Below are positions 23,258 to 39,200 of a stretch of 64,000 nucleotides of DNA, in pieces. The stretch covers positions 60,576,001 to 60,640,000 of the forward strand of contig NC_045696.1 in the NCBI RefSeq assembly GCF_009834535.1, written 5' to 3'. The stretch's first letter is position 1; every line of letters begins with the position of its first letter. The DNA is from Camelus ferus. Taxonomy: Eukaryota. The notes beneath the pieces were generated by a model that saw only the letters and a program-made list of their open reading frames with translations, was not told the DNA's origin and did not search any database. The translations under genes were made by a program, and so were the position numbers.

Positions 23258-26200
23258 CCAACTGGCACTGCTCAGCAATCCTTCCCCATATTCCCAAGTG
23301 ATACCTTCATCAGCACTTCTCAAACTGGGATATTTCATCTTGGTTATCTGAAGCCATATCTGCATGGCACAATTTTTCTGAAGAATAAACTTTACTTTTA
23401 CATTTGAACATCTGAGAGGGAAAAAAGTTAGACATATATATACTTAAACAACCATGGATGTTCTAAAGAATAAAATGCGAATTTTGCACGAACTGACAGA
23501 ACTCAAGTCTTCAAAGAGACTGCACTTGCCACAGCTGCTTCCAGCCAATCCCCCATGGAGCCAAGCTGGTAAGGGTGGGTAAAGGAGGGTATGCAGTAGG
23601 CCACAGTTAAGAATTCTTCTTTCCATTAGTTTGAGACAGACTGCACTGTATCATTCCCCTCAAGCTTTCTAACCACAGAATCACCCCGATCTATTCTCAG
23701 CAGAGACAGCTGCTTTACAAAGACAGAGGCCAGCTAATGTGGCCTCCTACAAGTACTGCTCCTCTGCTTTAAGACAGCCCTGTACCTTCCTCTCTACCTT
23801 CTCCTCATCCACCCTCTTACTCTTGCTTCTCCTTGCAAAAAACCACCACCACCACAATAATCAGGCCCTACACCCCTTCAAGAATAACCTCAGAGACTTT
23901 CTTAAAAACCTAATCAGTAACTTGCTGTCTTTCCTCTGATTCCTAGGACCACTGCAATATAACATCATACTACTCAAACCAAATTGCTCTCCATATTAAC
24001 ACAAAGTTACTTACCCATTTCCCCTTTTTTCAATTAAACTCAATTCCTCTACAGTAAAACTCCAACTTCTTGAAGTGCTCCCTTTACTTGGTTGACACTG
24101 CACACTCCTGGTTCCTCATCAGTTTCAGTGTCTCCCTCACTGGTTCCTTTTCTTTGCCTGAGCCCTGAACACAGGTATTCCCAAGGTTTGGCCCTCAAGT
24201 CTCTCAAAAACTTACTCTAACCCTCTAACATCATCACCTAACCCTACATTAAATTAAATATCACTCTACTAGGATAGTCTTTCATACACAACTCATATTC
24301 TCACTAGCCTCTTAAACTGCAGATCCAAATTTCAACTGCTTAATGGAAATCTTAAAACAAATGCAATCTATCCCAAACAGAACTCTATCATTCCTTAAAC
24401 CTGCTATTTCTCCTATATTCTCTATCACAATCCTCCTAATCATTCAGCTGCCTGCAAATTAAACTTTGGTATCTTTAGCACCTACCATGGTAGCAGGAGA
24501 TTAGCAAATGTGTGCTGCATGACTGAAAGAATCCATCGGCAAATCTTATCATTTATGCCTCCTTAATAGTTTCTACGGGCCGTTGTTCTGGTTCAGACTC
24601 TTGATCACCTGCTTAAATTACTGCAACTACCTATGGTCTCCCTGGCTCACTTTTTATGAAATACTTTAGATGTAAAATGGTTTTCTATTAATTTACTGAG
24701 TTAGCACAAAGGTAATCCTATACAGAATTTATCATGAGACATTAATGCAAATAATTTTAAACTTTGACTCAGCCACATGACCTTTTATTCACTTGCCTCT
24801 TTAATTAATATGAGTCCATTTACTGTTTACAATAAATGTACTACCTTTGGGAGGATCTGATTTATGTTAATTATCAAATGAGCAAATTCCCAAGCTTAAC
24901 GAGAATTCCAATTTGGGTAATATTCTTAAAATCAGGGCTGACTTGTACATAAATCTAAAAGCAACTGCAGAGAAGTCACATACCATGCAGCAGACTTCAG
25001 AAAGTTAAATACGATTTGCCTTTCTTCCCTTTATTCCTTTGTTTAGCCATATAATTCCTGTCTTAGTTATGAGGTCTACATGTTTATGATATCATATGCT
25101 TCTCTTCATTAAAAAAAAATCATATAATGCTGATATTGTCCCAACTTGCATTTAATTTTAATGTATGATCAAAGACATATGGATAACCTGTTACTTTAAT
25201 AAATTAAATAAATTTGTATCCACATCTCACACCTGACAAATTTCAAATGAATCAAAAATCTATAAAACAATAAAAATGTACAACAAATGAAAAATTTTTT
25301 TTATAATCCATAGAGGGAAAGGCCTTATTAGATATACACAAAAATCAGAGGCTACTACTTTATAAAGGAAAAAACCGAATCATTTATGTTAAGTGAATTT
25401 AATAAATTGAATATTTCTATATATCCAAAGCCACCATAAGAAAAGTCAAAAGATATATCATCAAGGGGGGAAAAGTTGCAATTCATTTCACAAAGGCCTA
25501 ATTTTCCTAAAAGATAAAGAACTCTTGCAAATCAAGTAAGAAATCAGACCACCAGCCCAACAGAAAAAAGGGCAAAAGGTATCTTATGAAACCGGAGAAA
25601 AATAGCTGTTAATCATAAGGTAAAAGGTTTAACTTTACTGATAATTAGAGAAATGCAAGTTAAAACTACATTGAGAAGTTATTTTTCACCATCAGTCTGG
25701 TAAAGACAAAAGTTTGCTAACACACTATTTGGGAAAGGGGGTGAGGAAACATATTAATACTTTGCTGGTGGGAGGTGAACATCCTCCACACAGGGCAATT
25801 GGGCACTATCTACCAAAACTACAAGTTCATTGTCCTTAGGCCCAGTAATAACATCTGTAGACTTTTACCCTGCATATATACTCATACATGTGTGAAATGA
25901 CATGAACAAGAACATTTATTGCAGCACTGAAAACAATAGCAGAAGACTGGAAGTAAATATCAAGAAGAAACTGGTTACATAAACTATGATGCCCCTGCTC
26001 AATCAATAAAGCCCAATATAGTTATTTACTGATAACAGTATATCTTTGAGAGCAGATTTTAAGTTAAAAAAGCAAAATAAAACAACTGAACATAGCAATG
26101 TACACAACATGCTCCCTTTCCATGTTAAAAAAAGAGAAAAACACATTTGTTGGTATGTTAATATATTTACAGTGCTACATTTTACTAGAAGGACACACAA

Positions 26201-27189
26201 AAAACTAAGAAACTAACGTTAGCTAAGAGGAGACTCAGGTGGTTGACAGGCAGGAGTGAAGCGATTTTTCACTACATAAGCTTTTTTTCCTGTTGAATTT
26301 TGTGCTATATGAATATACAACCTATTCAAATATGTTGAGTGAATTATTTTTAATTAATTCACTTAAAAGAACTTATAGTGGAACATTAGCAAGGACATTT
26401 TTCTTACAAGATGTGGATAACTTCTAAAATACCACAAAATAATTAACATACACACAAATTCACAGAAGAGAAGTTTCAAAAACAAACAAGATATGCAAGT
26501 TATATACACAAGTAAATATTCTAATTTACACTAATATTACCCCCAGACTGAAAAATCCATCTTGAAAAAGCCTTCAGAAATTATAAAGCAATATAAAGAA
26601 AGAAAAGAACAAGAAAACCACTAGTTCTATATGACAGTGATTTTCCAAGGAATCTTCTTGGGCATTCTGCCAAGAAAGTAAAAGACATCACTCACTGTTT
26701 CAGAGTATTTTAACTTTAATCTGCTCAAAATATTGAACTTCCTCACTATTTTTTTTTTAAAGAAAGGCTTTTAAAATGAAAAGTTTGAAAGCTACTACTA
26801 TAGGACATCATTTAAAAAATAATCTTTTAATCTCCAGACTCATATATTTTAAAACAGCTAATTAGAGCTAGTTGTTGTTTATTATAAAAGTTTGTAGAAT
26901 GCTTACCTAAAAACTCGCCCATAATTCCCATGTACTTTATATACACCGTACAGTCGATCTGCTACTCTCTGGAATAAACGTTTAAAAGAAACTATTAGGT
27001 CAAAGCTATATACAGATTATTTAAAAAAAAGAGATTTTATCCTCATTAAAAAAATATATATATATGTTTAGTACAATATACTTGGAAAATATGGAAAAGA
27101 AAAAGCTAAATCTCTCAAAGTCTCATTATGGGGAAAAAACCTAGAGCTGTCATCATATTTATGTAATCACTTTCATATTTCTTTATATA

Positions 27190-27220
<31 letters not shown>

Positions 27221-30200
27221 CCCACACACACACACACATATATAGGACACACACATATATAGGTTTTTTTATATTAAAACATTTTAAATTGAAGTATAGT
27301 TGACTTACAATGTTGTATTCGTTTCTGGGAGACAGCATAGTGATTCAGTTAACATATGTATATATACATATTCTTTTTCATTACACGTTACTACAAGCCA
27401 CTGAATACAGTTCCCTGTGCTATACAGCAGGACCTTGTTGTTTATCTATTCTGTACATAATAGTCTGTATTTGCCAATCCCAAACTCCCAATTTATCCCT
27501 CTCTCCCCCCCGTAAGTTTTAATTAACATTTAAAAATTTCTTATACCAAGAGTGGTAGTATTTTTATCCAGCAGGTTAATATTACTTTTAATACATTCTT
27601 TTCAATAGATACATAAAATTCCATCTAGTGGTGTATAAAATATATAAGCATTCCTTGTCAGCTATTTAGTTATCCCTAATTTTTTCAGTATTATAAATAA
27701 TGTTGAAATAAGCATCTCTGAGAGTTAGGCTTTTTCCAAATTTCAGACTGTTTCCTTAAGATGACATCCTCCAGGTGCAATTTACCAGGGGAAAGAATAT
27801 AAACATTTTCAATTCTACTGATAATTTTATACATAAATGCTGCACATGTGCAATATACTTAAAATTAGGTATTTTAATAACAGCAGAATTACAGTTTAGA
27901 TCATTGAGATAAAATGTGTACTGCCTAGCCATTCACATAAATTTTACAGAAATCAAAAACAAATATGTGGTAATCTGCTTTACTTCCCCCCAAAGTGTTA
28001 CGGACATGAACTGGAAGACCAAAAGCCAATCCCACATAAAACTCTGGGAAAAAAAAAATCCCAAAAAACCTAGTATACAATTTCTAAATGTAAACCCTGA
28101 AGATAAACTACCCTCTAATTTCTTACTCCAACATAAGTAATTTGAGGAATTAAACATTAACCATACAATAAATCTTAATTCTTTCAATACTTCAGCTTAA
28201 ACTGAGCAAACCACATTGCAAAAACTCAGAGCAGGTGTAAGAGGCTCATAAAATGTTCTCCATCTTCCCCTGACATGCTATGAGGAACATATACCTGGTA
28301 GACTAGGAGGCAGCACACTACATACAGGTCTGCAGCTTATTTCTGGAAAGTCTTACTGGACACAGTTATGTTAGTGCTGTCTGTGGCTGCTTTCATAGCT
28401 GAGCTGAATAGATCCAACAGGGACCATATAGGCTAAAAAGCTGAAAATATTTACTATATGGCCTTCAAAAAAAGTTTGTCAACCCCTGTACCAGACTCCA
28501 CTTTCAGGACAAAGTTCATCATCTTTTTATGCTTGAAACTTTCCAGGGTTGTCCCCAGACCTCTAAGCTATTTCTCTAGGATGTTATTTCCCAATTATTT
28601 TTTGAGAATCCTATAAAGTGCCAAAGGTTGTTTGGTTATTTAAAGTGGTTCCACTGTCAAGTAAGTTGAAGCACCTTAGGTATAAAATGCATATCCAAAA
28701 TCTCAAAGAAAATGCATATCCAAAATTCAAAGAAAAAGTTTTTGAATACCAGGTATTTAGAAGTTGTTTTTTTTTTCTCTTTAAAGTGTATCACTTCTGG
28801 AAGCTGATACAAAAGGAGCTTCTACCATAATAATTAGAGCTCTGGAAAAGATTTTGGTCCATAGAGCATGACATAAAGAGGCAAGAGTTTTCATACTCCA
28901 CAAAGGTGAGCAACCACACATGGAACTACTTTATGGTTAATGAGGTGACCAAGAGACAGGCAGCAGTTGTTACTGGACCAGCAATGCTTCTGGTATCAAC
29001 TACGCTTGGAAACAAATCGTTCTAGCCAACCAAAATGTAAGATGACTGGTATCTAGGTCATCAGAAAATGAAAAACAGATAAAGCAAAGAAAAACTATAA
29101 ACTATAGACCAACAATTACCATTTCTAGGGAAAAGACAAAAATGGCAGAGAAATGAAACATGAGATTATTAAAACCTGAAACCAGATTAACTCAATGGTT
29201 GTTGGTAATCAGAATCGTGGTACCAGGGAAAAGGGGCTGCACCCAATGATTTAGTCTAGATTGCTACTCAATTTCACTTCTGTTGACAAGCCTTCCTTTT
29301 TGAAAACTGATCACATGACAATCGACAGGGGAGGACCAACACCTAGAAAACGCAATGACAACAGAAGAAATTGGACAGACTTACCCCATCATCCTCCCCA
29401 GCTCTGAATCATCTGGTAAGAATGCCTTCTCTAACCTCACTAAAGTAGTATGGGATTAAAGTTAAAAAGGACACAAAGTTTTATGACATTCTATTAGATG
29501 ATCTTATTTTGAAAATCTAGACACATAGCTTCTCTTTTCAATTACCTTTCAACACGGCAATGATTACATGAGACTTAAGACCCTTGATAATACTGCCAAA
29601 ATCTTTCCCAAAGGAGCTGTAGGTAATACTTTACACTGCCACCACCACCAACTATTTCACAAACACTAGATATTACCATCTTTATAAATGGTTACAAATT
29701 AAATGTTAAATAGTATCTCAATAATTATAATTTACATTTTTAGAGTGTTAGTAAAGTTAAACATTCCTCCTTCCCTTTTAAATGTGATTTCCCCTAGAGA
29801 GCAGCAAATATGGTTGTAGGAAATAAGGAATCTAACGTCAGACAAACGTGAATTCTAATTCCAGCTCCTTCTTACTTTAGGGTTTGACTTCAGAAAATTC
29901 ATTAAACTACTCTTAGTCTTAGATCTTCCTCTTGGAAATGTAGAAATGATCCTCATCATATGACTCTGTGAGGATTAAACAAGATGACACTTGAAAGGTT
30001 CCTGGCAATCAACAAGGTGGCTCAATGAAAATCAGTTCTCTTCTCCTTCAGCCTACTTGAATTCATGTCTTTTGTCAATATATCATTTGTGGGTGGTTAA
30101 GAGCATGGGTTCTGGAGTCAGACAAAGGTTTAAATTCTGACTCTACATATCTATTTATAATGTGATATTAGGCAAGTTACTTAACTTCATTGCCTTTGCT

Positions 30201-33200
30201 TCCTAATCTATAAAATGGGGACAGTAGCAGTACTTACCTTCAAAGGGCTACTGTGGGAATTAGGTAAGAACAATACAATTTGCTTGGCTGATATACAATG
30301 GTAGATAAGTATTAGATATTAGTATTATTTTCCTTTTTAGTTTACAAAACACAAATTATCTCATCTGAGTCTTTTAACTCCACAAATAATGCACTCATTT
30401 ACATTTATGCAGTACCTAATATGTGTCAGACAGATAATCCCATTTTCCAGCAAAGAAAGCAAACTCTGAAAGGTTACCTGAAGGACCTAGTAAATGGCAG
30501 AGATAAGTTCTAAAAACCCAGCTCCTCTAAGTCTAAGGCCTCCTGCCCACTATGGCTGTTCAGTTATGATGTCTTAAATATTTAACTCTTAACCTGTTAG
30601 TAATGTATTTTTTGCCTTTTCTACTTTTAAAAGAATTCTCCTTGACAGGAAAGACAGCCAAATAATTCTATTTTCTCTTTGTCTGCTAACAATTCATCAT
30701 CCGTCTGAAACACTGACTAAGCCTTCTTCTCTCGACACTCGAATGTTACAAACAGGTCCTCCCAGCGGCGCTTTCTGCCTTGTTTGCAGGCTTCTGTCAG
30801 TGTCAGGCTCTAACCTTCCATTTTCACTTTTCTGTTACTGTCCGTGATAAACAGCCTTTCTCCCAATTTCAGAACTATCAAGATGTTAGATATTCATCAT
30901 ATTTTCCGTTGGCATTTATCTCCTTTATACAGTCAGAATTCCAATTCTGACTCACAGATCAAGTGCTGCCTTTCCCTTTGAAGAGCTCAAGTTCTCATTC
31001 ATGTCAATTAAGCTTCTGAAGCCTGTTTTCATAAAGTTTAGGAAAAATATCCATACCTAGAATTCTCTTACTTGTCTATCACAGGTTCTTCGATGACAAG
31101 GTCATTTTCTTTAAAGATTCTTGTCATATATACATTAATAACCAATTCTCCCTGATTGGTTATAATTGAATTCAAGAAGTAATTTATTTTATTGCTTTTT
31201 TAGATCTTTTTAAACTGTCAGCATATACATTCATTTATTCAACCATTTAATGAATATATAGCGGTGCCTAGTCTGAGTCAGGCATTACTATAGGGATTCA
31301 GCAGTCAGAAAACAAAGCTCTTGCTCTTAGGAGCCCACATATACTAGGAGAGGAGATAATTAACAAATGAGAAGAGAATATGATGTCAGAGTTATTATAA
31401 AGACAACAGCAATGACAGACAATGACAGGGAAATGACAGGAAATCATAGAAAACTACATCTTATTTTATAGGAGATGCTCAGGAAAGATTTCTCTCAGGA
31501 GGCATCTGAGTCAATAACTAAAAGACAAAAAGAGAATAGGCCAAGAGAGGATCTTGAGGGTAGGGTATGGAGGAAGAATGGTACAGGCACGGGAAAGAGC
31601 AAATAAAAAGTCCTCGGGCAGAAACAAGTGTGGCATGGTTGAGAATAGTCAGAGTAACAACAGGGCTAAAGTGGAGTGTACAAAGAATAAAAAGGAACAG
31701 AAAAGCAGTTATGTGGGAGAGTCTTAAAAATTTTCTTTAACCTCATGGTTAAATTCTGTAGTAATCTTCAAACATTACTAAATATTAATCACATTCAAAA
31801 ATATACTTTCAGCAGAAAACTAGATGTAATCACTATCCTGTCTTGACTTGTGATACTTTTTCTTTCTTGCTTTATGAAAGCAATCACCCATACCTTCTTG
31901 CAGGCTAAATTATCTGCAGCACAGCTTCACAATAATGACAATCATTTCCCCCCTCCTTTAGATTTCACTTAAATTTATTCCCTATGCTTCATGGATCTTC
32001 TGAGTATTTAACTGTTATACTTTCTTCATCACCCATCTCTGATATTTCTAATAAATCTAATTCTGGCTGATTTTTCTGCTTTGTCCCTTAGTTTCTTCTG
32101 GGTGTGAAAAACTGAGAACCCCTCAATATCTGGGGTTAGTCATGTGACTGCTTCGTAGTACACCTCTGCCTACCTGAGACTGGAGAATGGTTAAGCTTCC
32201 TGCTAAATGACACTTTCCACAGTATGCCCCTTTCCCCTGGTTGAAGGCCTTTAAGGAGGACACAGCTTTCATAATCAGCCACACATCTAATTAAGTAGAT
32301 TCTCCAAGTTTTCTGGCACAGAAGACAAAGCAGTATGAAGTGTTCTTCCAGTCTTCTGGGGTGTCTCTGCCTCTACTTCCACTTACCACAAGAACTGTTG
32401 CCTAATCTGTTTGAGTAATTTCAAAGTAACTAAAGGCCTAGAAGTTTTATCTCATCAATCCACAGTCCTTTTTAAAACCCAGTTCTTGATTCCAGCCTAG
32501 TAATTTGCACCGGTACCTTTTCTTTTCCTAGAAGTATCCTACAACTTATTTAAGGAGTCCAATAGTACTCTGAATGGTTACATAGGAGATTGGGCCAGTA
32601 TGCAGCTATTTGGAGGGATTTATTTTCCTTATCGTATTTTTTTTAATAATTATAATGAAACTCTTCAAACATACAAAAACTAGAGAATAGTAGAATATAC
32701 TCCCATTTCCCAGTACTTACCTTCAACAATTATTATATGGCTAATCTAGTTTCATCTAAAACTGCCCTCACTCTCCACCCCTTTCATTAAAACAAATTCC
32801 AAATAATATATTTCATTTCAAGATGATTCCAGTCAGTGTAAGACATGATCCTAGACCTGGTAACCCACCATTTCTCAAAGCCTTTAAGGCAAGTCCTAAG
32901 GTTTCTTCTAGGTTATCCCAAAGGACCAGAGTGGATGACACAACATTTCTCAGGTACATTAATTTACCCAAAATATTTTTCTCCATGTCTGTTACAGCCA
33001 AACTGTATGGCTAAGTACAATCATTATTCCTAGATTTCTAGTTCCTTTTGTCATGGCAGACCATTACCCTAAATAAGTTTATTTAGTATAATTTAGGAGC
33101 ACAGACACAGAATGGCCTAACATAACATAAGCTACTCACTGACCTTTTAAAAAGAAATCTTGAAAGAACGGGATATTGCTATACATAGATCTAAAATCTC

Positions 33201-36200
33201 ACACTTAGTTAATCATACTCCAACACCGAAGTGGTAGGCCCTTTGATGTCAAAATAGCCATATACAGAGAAAACAACAGGCTAAAATTCTTCAAGTTATT
33301 TATGCCAGGAAACATTTCACATTAAAAAAAATGCAATTTAGATGACAAGCACACCAAATTTGAGTATAAAAATCAGTTATTTATCATGACTACCTTCCAT
33401 TACTTAAAAACATAATTAAATAAGAAGCACTTCCTTGTAAACATTTGTCAAGAAGCTCTTGGGGACCACTTACAGCTCTGACTCGGAGAAGATGTGAGAT
33501 GACAGACTGCAGCTCATCACCGTAGTGTTTTAGTTCAGTAAATCTCCTGAAACAGGAAACAAAGCATCATTTTTCTCATGAAGACAAGCTAAAAGCTGAA
33601 AGACAAAGCAGCATTTTATGAGAATAATGAAACTAATTCTGCTTGAGCATATGCTGGCCTTGAACATTTATAACAAATACAAATTCAAAAAAATTCTAAA
33701 GTAAAAGCAGCATACTTTCTTTAGGTATTTATAAAGCCAAGATGTCATACTTCATAATTTACATCATGAAACTGAGATAGAGATAAAATTCGTTGGTATG
33801 AAAAATTACTCAAAAACAATAAACAAAAAATGTATGGTGTAACCATCAACTCATGGTCTTTAACCTCAATCTTCATGCTGTTCAGTAATCTTTGTTTCTT
33901 CACCTAGTAACTGCCATTCTCCTTAAAGACTAAAACTTCTGATACCACCACTCTTCCAGCAATGGAAGCTGACCTCACCTACCTCAAAATTTGTTCCCTT
34001 GACAGCAGGTTTATTTTCTCATGATTTTCCTTTTACTCTCGGGTCATACCTAAAGCCTCCTTTCCAGGATTCACTTCCTTCACCCATCTCTTATACCATC
34101 AACTTTAGTGTGCAAAGAACTCCTGAAGTGTTTGCTGAAAACACTTCTGAGGGCCTCTCAGTAAAAGAGAGGTGTGAGGAACCACAACGGTATGCAGAGG
34201 CCCTATGGGACTCAGGAAATCTGAATTTCTAACAAACTTGCCCACAGGATTTAGATGTTGGTAATCAGATTACATTTTGGAAAACACCCTTAAAGTGTTG
34301 GCTCCTTTAGGGTTCAGTCCTAGGTCCTCACACCCATCTTACAATCAATCTTTCAAACTACACACACTGTGTGACTTGTCATTCACAAAGCTTCACAATT
34401 ATGATCTACATGCTGCTGAATTCCAAATATCTATCTCCAGCCCAAATCTCTCTTCTAAACACCTGATCTAGTAAGCCGGCTGATACGCAGACATTTGTAC
34501 TTGCTTACATATCCAAAGCTCCACTTATCTTCCCTACCCTTTCAAGCCCCTCTCCTCTGTATTCTCCAGGATTTTAAAGAATAAAACCTGGGTGCCATCT
34601 GTATTTCCTTCCCCTCTTTCAATCCATACATTCTACTCATCACTCAGTATACTTCCTAAGTATGAGCCAAAAATTGCCACATAAAAGTGGAAGACTCAAA
34701 GCTCTCCTCCTCACTGCTTTTAATAGTCTAGTTTGAAGAAAGATAAACATGTAGGAAAGAGGTATCATTTTGGTATCCCTCTGAAACAATCCTTCTGGTT
34801 TTCTAGATTTTAAGAAAGGACAGAATGAAAGTATTTTAATGATATAAACTATTTCAATAATGATATGAATAATAATTAACCTATTCCAGCTAGACCTAGA
34901 ACAGAGATTCTGTACATTAAGAATCTGCTATAACAATGGCTGATGTGGACCTAACTCTCTTATCTAGAACTTAAGGCAACCAAATGCTATTACTAATTAT
35001 ACACTAATTATATACTTTAACAGGAACTTAGGAGCAAGAACCTGCCTTGGTTATGTTATTCGTCATATCACATTCAAAATTCTCTATAAAATATGGGTAT
35101 TAAAAAAAACTTAGCAATCTAGAAAAGCGACAGGAAGGTCAGAAAAGGGAAGACATTCAATTGACAAAATACTTTTCATTAAATTGAAAAACATTCAATT
35201 GACAAAATACTAATATTAAAATATTAATTAAAAAATTGTCTCATCTACATGCTCCTCTAATGAATGTACATTTATGAATTTCATAAACTTTGCTGCTTAG
35301 GTTTTCCATAGCTTTTTTTGGAGGGTGACTTAATTTTAGTTCTTAATCTAGAGAATATCTCTTTATACACCACGGACGTCATTATAACCTTTATAAAAAG
35401 GAAACTTTTTTTCAGTGGAAACTTAAATGCGTATTACAAAGTGAAAGCCTTTCTGAAAAGGCTGCGTATTATATGACACAACAATCTGGAGAAGGCAAAA
35501 TTATGGAGACAGTAAAAAGATCAGTGGCTGCCAGGGCTGTAGGGAGGGAGGGATAAATATGGCAGAGCAAAGAGGACTTTTAGGGCAATGAAAATACTTC
35601 GTACAGTACCATAATGGTGCACACATTTGTCAAAACCCATATACTACACAACTCCCATATACCTCTGCCCCTCATGTAACTATGGACTTTGGTGATAATG
35701 ATGAGTCAGTGCAGGCTCCTCTATCATAACAAATGCACCACCGTGGTGAGGGTTACTGGGGCGGCTATGAGTGTCTAGAGGCAGCTGTGCAAGGGGAGGG
35801 GCAGAGGTACATGGGAGCTCTGCACTTTACACTCAGTTTTGCTGTGAATCTAAAACTACTCTAAGAAATAAAGTTTAAGAAAAAGTAAAATTAAAAACCT
35901 CAATGGTTACCATCACAATTCCTAATTACCAAAACTTCAAAGTATTTATTTATATTTTATATTCAAAATTTATATTGAAAACCAGAGGCATTATGTTAAC
36001 AGTTATGGTTTATAAAGCCAGGCATGCAAACTTGACTATCAGACTATGCAAACATGGCCTTTGTCTGCTAAGAATTTACACTATGTAGAAATTAATGCTG
36101 AAAGCCTGAATAGAGAAATTCTAACAGAACTCATAAACTTGGTTCCCAAAAATGGGAAAGCCATATCTGTCTAAGGACATTTCTAACTGTAAAACATAGC

Positions 36201-39200
36201 TGAACCAACCACCAGGTAAAGGTCCATATAATGAAGAGCCTGAATTATCCACCAAATTCAGAGAATGAGCAAAACCAAATCTTGAAAGATACTTAGATCA
36301 CATCCCAAGGAACGTTACTTCTGAATACACTGGCTTCCTTTAATATAGAAATGCTCTCACAAACACCAAATTGACATCAATGAAGTCAAATAATTGTCGT
36401 ATAAATACATCTCCATGAAATTATTATATACTAGTATGCATTTATCTATCAAGCTTTCTTGGTATTCAAAATAGTTTATTATTAAATAGATAACATAATA
36501 TTATCTTGAGTTCTGTACATATCTGACAAGCAAAGTCATATAAGAAAAACTATTTCAGACGAAATTATAATTACTTTTCTCATTTTTCTGATACCTGCAA
36601 CACTTAATAAATCCTTCTAAGAAAGAGCAGTGGTTCCATTTTCTAAAACTTCAGTTACTTACAACCTTAATCCCAATTAAATTACCAAATTTCAAAACCA
36701 GTTTTAGACTGTAAAAGGATTTCACTAAATGTGAATTACTATTTAAAATATTTAGCAAATAAAGTGCATACATTCAGAAATGAAAAATTAAATAGATTGA
36801 TAGGCACCATTCAAAACAACATTGTAACTGTTATTAAAACAAAACCTTACTTGTCTGGGTTTTTCACTCTGAATGTTGCATTAAGCGCTTTTAACCTGGA
36901 GTCTGCCTGGAAAAAATAATTTATTCACTTAATACAATTACATTTCAGGGTATAAATCCAAACAGTTTAATTTTCCCTTTAGAATTAAGATGCTCAAGCA
37001 CAGTTTTCTTCATATCATTTATGTCAAACACACTAAACATACCCCAAAAAGCAGCTTAGTAGTTATTTTTTAAGACACTACAAAAATGTTATAAAACAAT
37101 CTGAATACACAGCATTCAATGATACCAAAGTAAAACAACTGTAAACACCAACATGCTAACAGGCATATAGCTCTGCATTATTATAATTCATAATAGGTTG
37201 TGTGGAAAAGTTTTCTGTAAATCAAGAAAAGCAATGGTCTGTATATATAAACTAAATAAAACTACTTCTCTGAAGCCTGTGCATCCCTGAGGGTTGTTCT
37301 CAGGTGAAATCTGAACCAAGTGTACACATTGATTTTTCTCATTTTCATGATCAGTATTTTAGAAAAGAAAGAAATATAGAAATGCCTGTACTAAAGTAAA
37401 ACAAGCTAGATGACATCAAATTAATTCCTTCTTAGCTGGCATAAAATGCTACAACACAACTTTTTAACTGCCTTTACTTATTTCTACACAACTGCTCTTA
37501 AGGGAGAGACAGAGGGATCAACACTAAATAACTTCATTGCATAAATTTATACTTAATATGTCCAAATCCTATCCTCTTATTCTATGATCTCATTTTTTAA
37601 AAAAATAATTTTTCTGACCAAGACACAAAAACTGTAGGGTTCATAAAGGTAGCTCAATCAAGAGTCAATTTCATAATGTGGTTTGGTTCTGAAGATTCCA
37701 GTTAGCTTGGACATCTTATATTATTCCAACTTCCAAGCCCTAATTAGAAATATTCCCAAAATAATAGAAAACAAACTAAACAAAACTACAAGGGCTTCCC
37801 AGATTATCTGGCTAAGAAAATAAAAACAAATGCAACAAATATGCCACTCCACAAGCTCAGCCTCCTAGAGCCTCAGACCAAAAGAAATTCAAAGAGCTAT
37901 CAAGAATATCTAAAGCTTAATTTGTCACCGAATTCAGGGGATTCTCTTACTTCTAAAAATCTGTATTTTACCAATTCTTGACCTTACAAGTCAAGGGCAA
38001 AGGAGCTAATGTATGTGAAAATCCTTACAAATAAAAGCACCTATGAATTTAAGGCATATATACTCCCTTATGTTTTTTTAAGTTAGTTATAATCACTAAC
38101 GACTTTATAGTCACATGCAAATGAGATTGTTTCAGTAAGAATGAAATTACATAAAAGCCATCAGTAAAAAAGAAAATTTTCATTTATATCTTTTCTTAAT
38201 AACACCAATATATTTTTTACTTTTAGTATCACCAATTTACCACTTTCGAAGGCATATAAAATGTAAACCATCACCATCCTAATCTTTGCCTACCAAACGT
38301 TCTGTCAGGTCAGTCCATCACAACACTCCACACCATCTGTTCATCATTTCACAACATGCCATAAAAAGAGAAATTGCCTAAAATATCAACAAACCAGAAA
38401 CTTCTCCCCAAAGCTAGATTTCTAAAAACCTACCCAGACTGTTCCAAATCTGAAAGGTTATCATCCATCTTATCAAAGTCCCCACTAAATATGTAAAGAA
38501 GCCGTTACATCACTGTTTCATACCACCTACTTTATTTCCTTTAATACAGTACTATCTGAAACCCTGAGTTGTTTGCGTGTTTCTTACCTGTCCACCAGAG
38601 TATGAGAGCCATGAGAAAAGCACAAGGTAAAGGGGGCCCCCTAGACTTAGACAATGGCTGCCATGGCAATACATTAATCTGCTTTGTTCATTGCTGAATC
38701 CCTAGTATCTCCCAATGCCTGGCACAAAAAGACATACAGTAAGTATTGGTTACATTTCAAAAAATAACCCTGACTGTTCTAACCTGGAGTCTGCCTGGAC
38801 TTTCTACCTTTCCCATGTTCTCCTTTAATCTCCACCTCCCCTTCCCTTTCTAACTCCTATTACATACTTTACTTTCCTTGTTCTAGACCTTGTCTTTCTT
38901 ATCTTCCCCCAAACCTTGCCTAGTAAACCATCACCAACTTGACCTCTAACATTCCTATTCCTTGACCCCTAGGTTGACTCCACTGCAGGTTTCTCATTAT
39001 TCAGGTCTCAGCTCAAATGTTCTCTCTTCAACAATGTGACCCCATTTTCCCAAGATAGTCTTGGTTTACTTTTACACCTGTTTGTCCTAATCTAATTATT
39101 TGCAGAGCCTCTTTTTAGTCTCACAAGCGCCCCCATTTAGAGAATACATTTTATGGTCACCTTTCTCAAAATAACCCCTGGAAAAAAATCCCTGCTGTCA

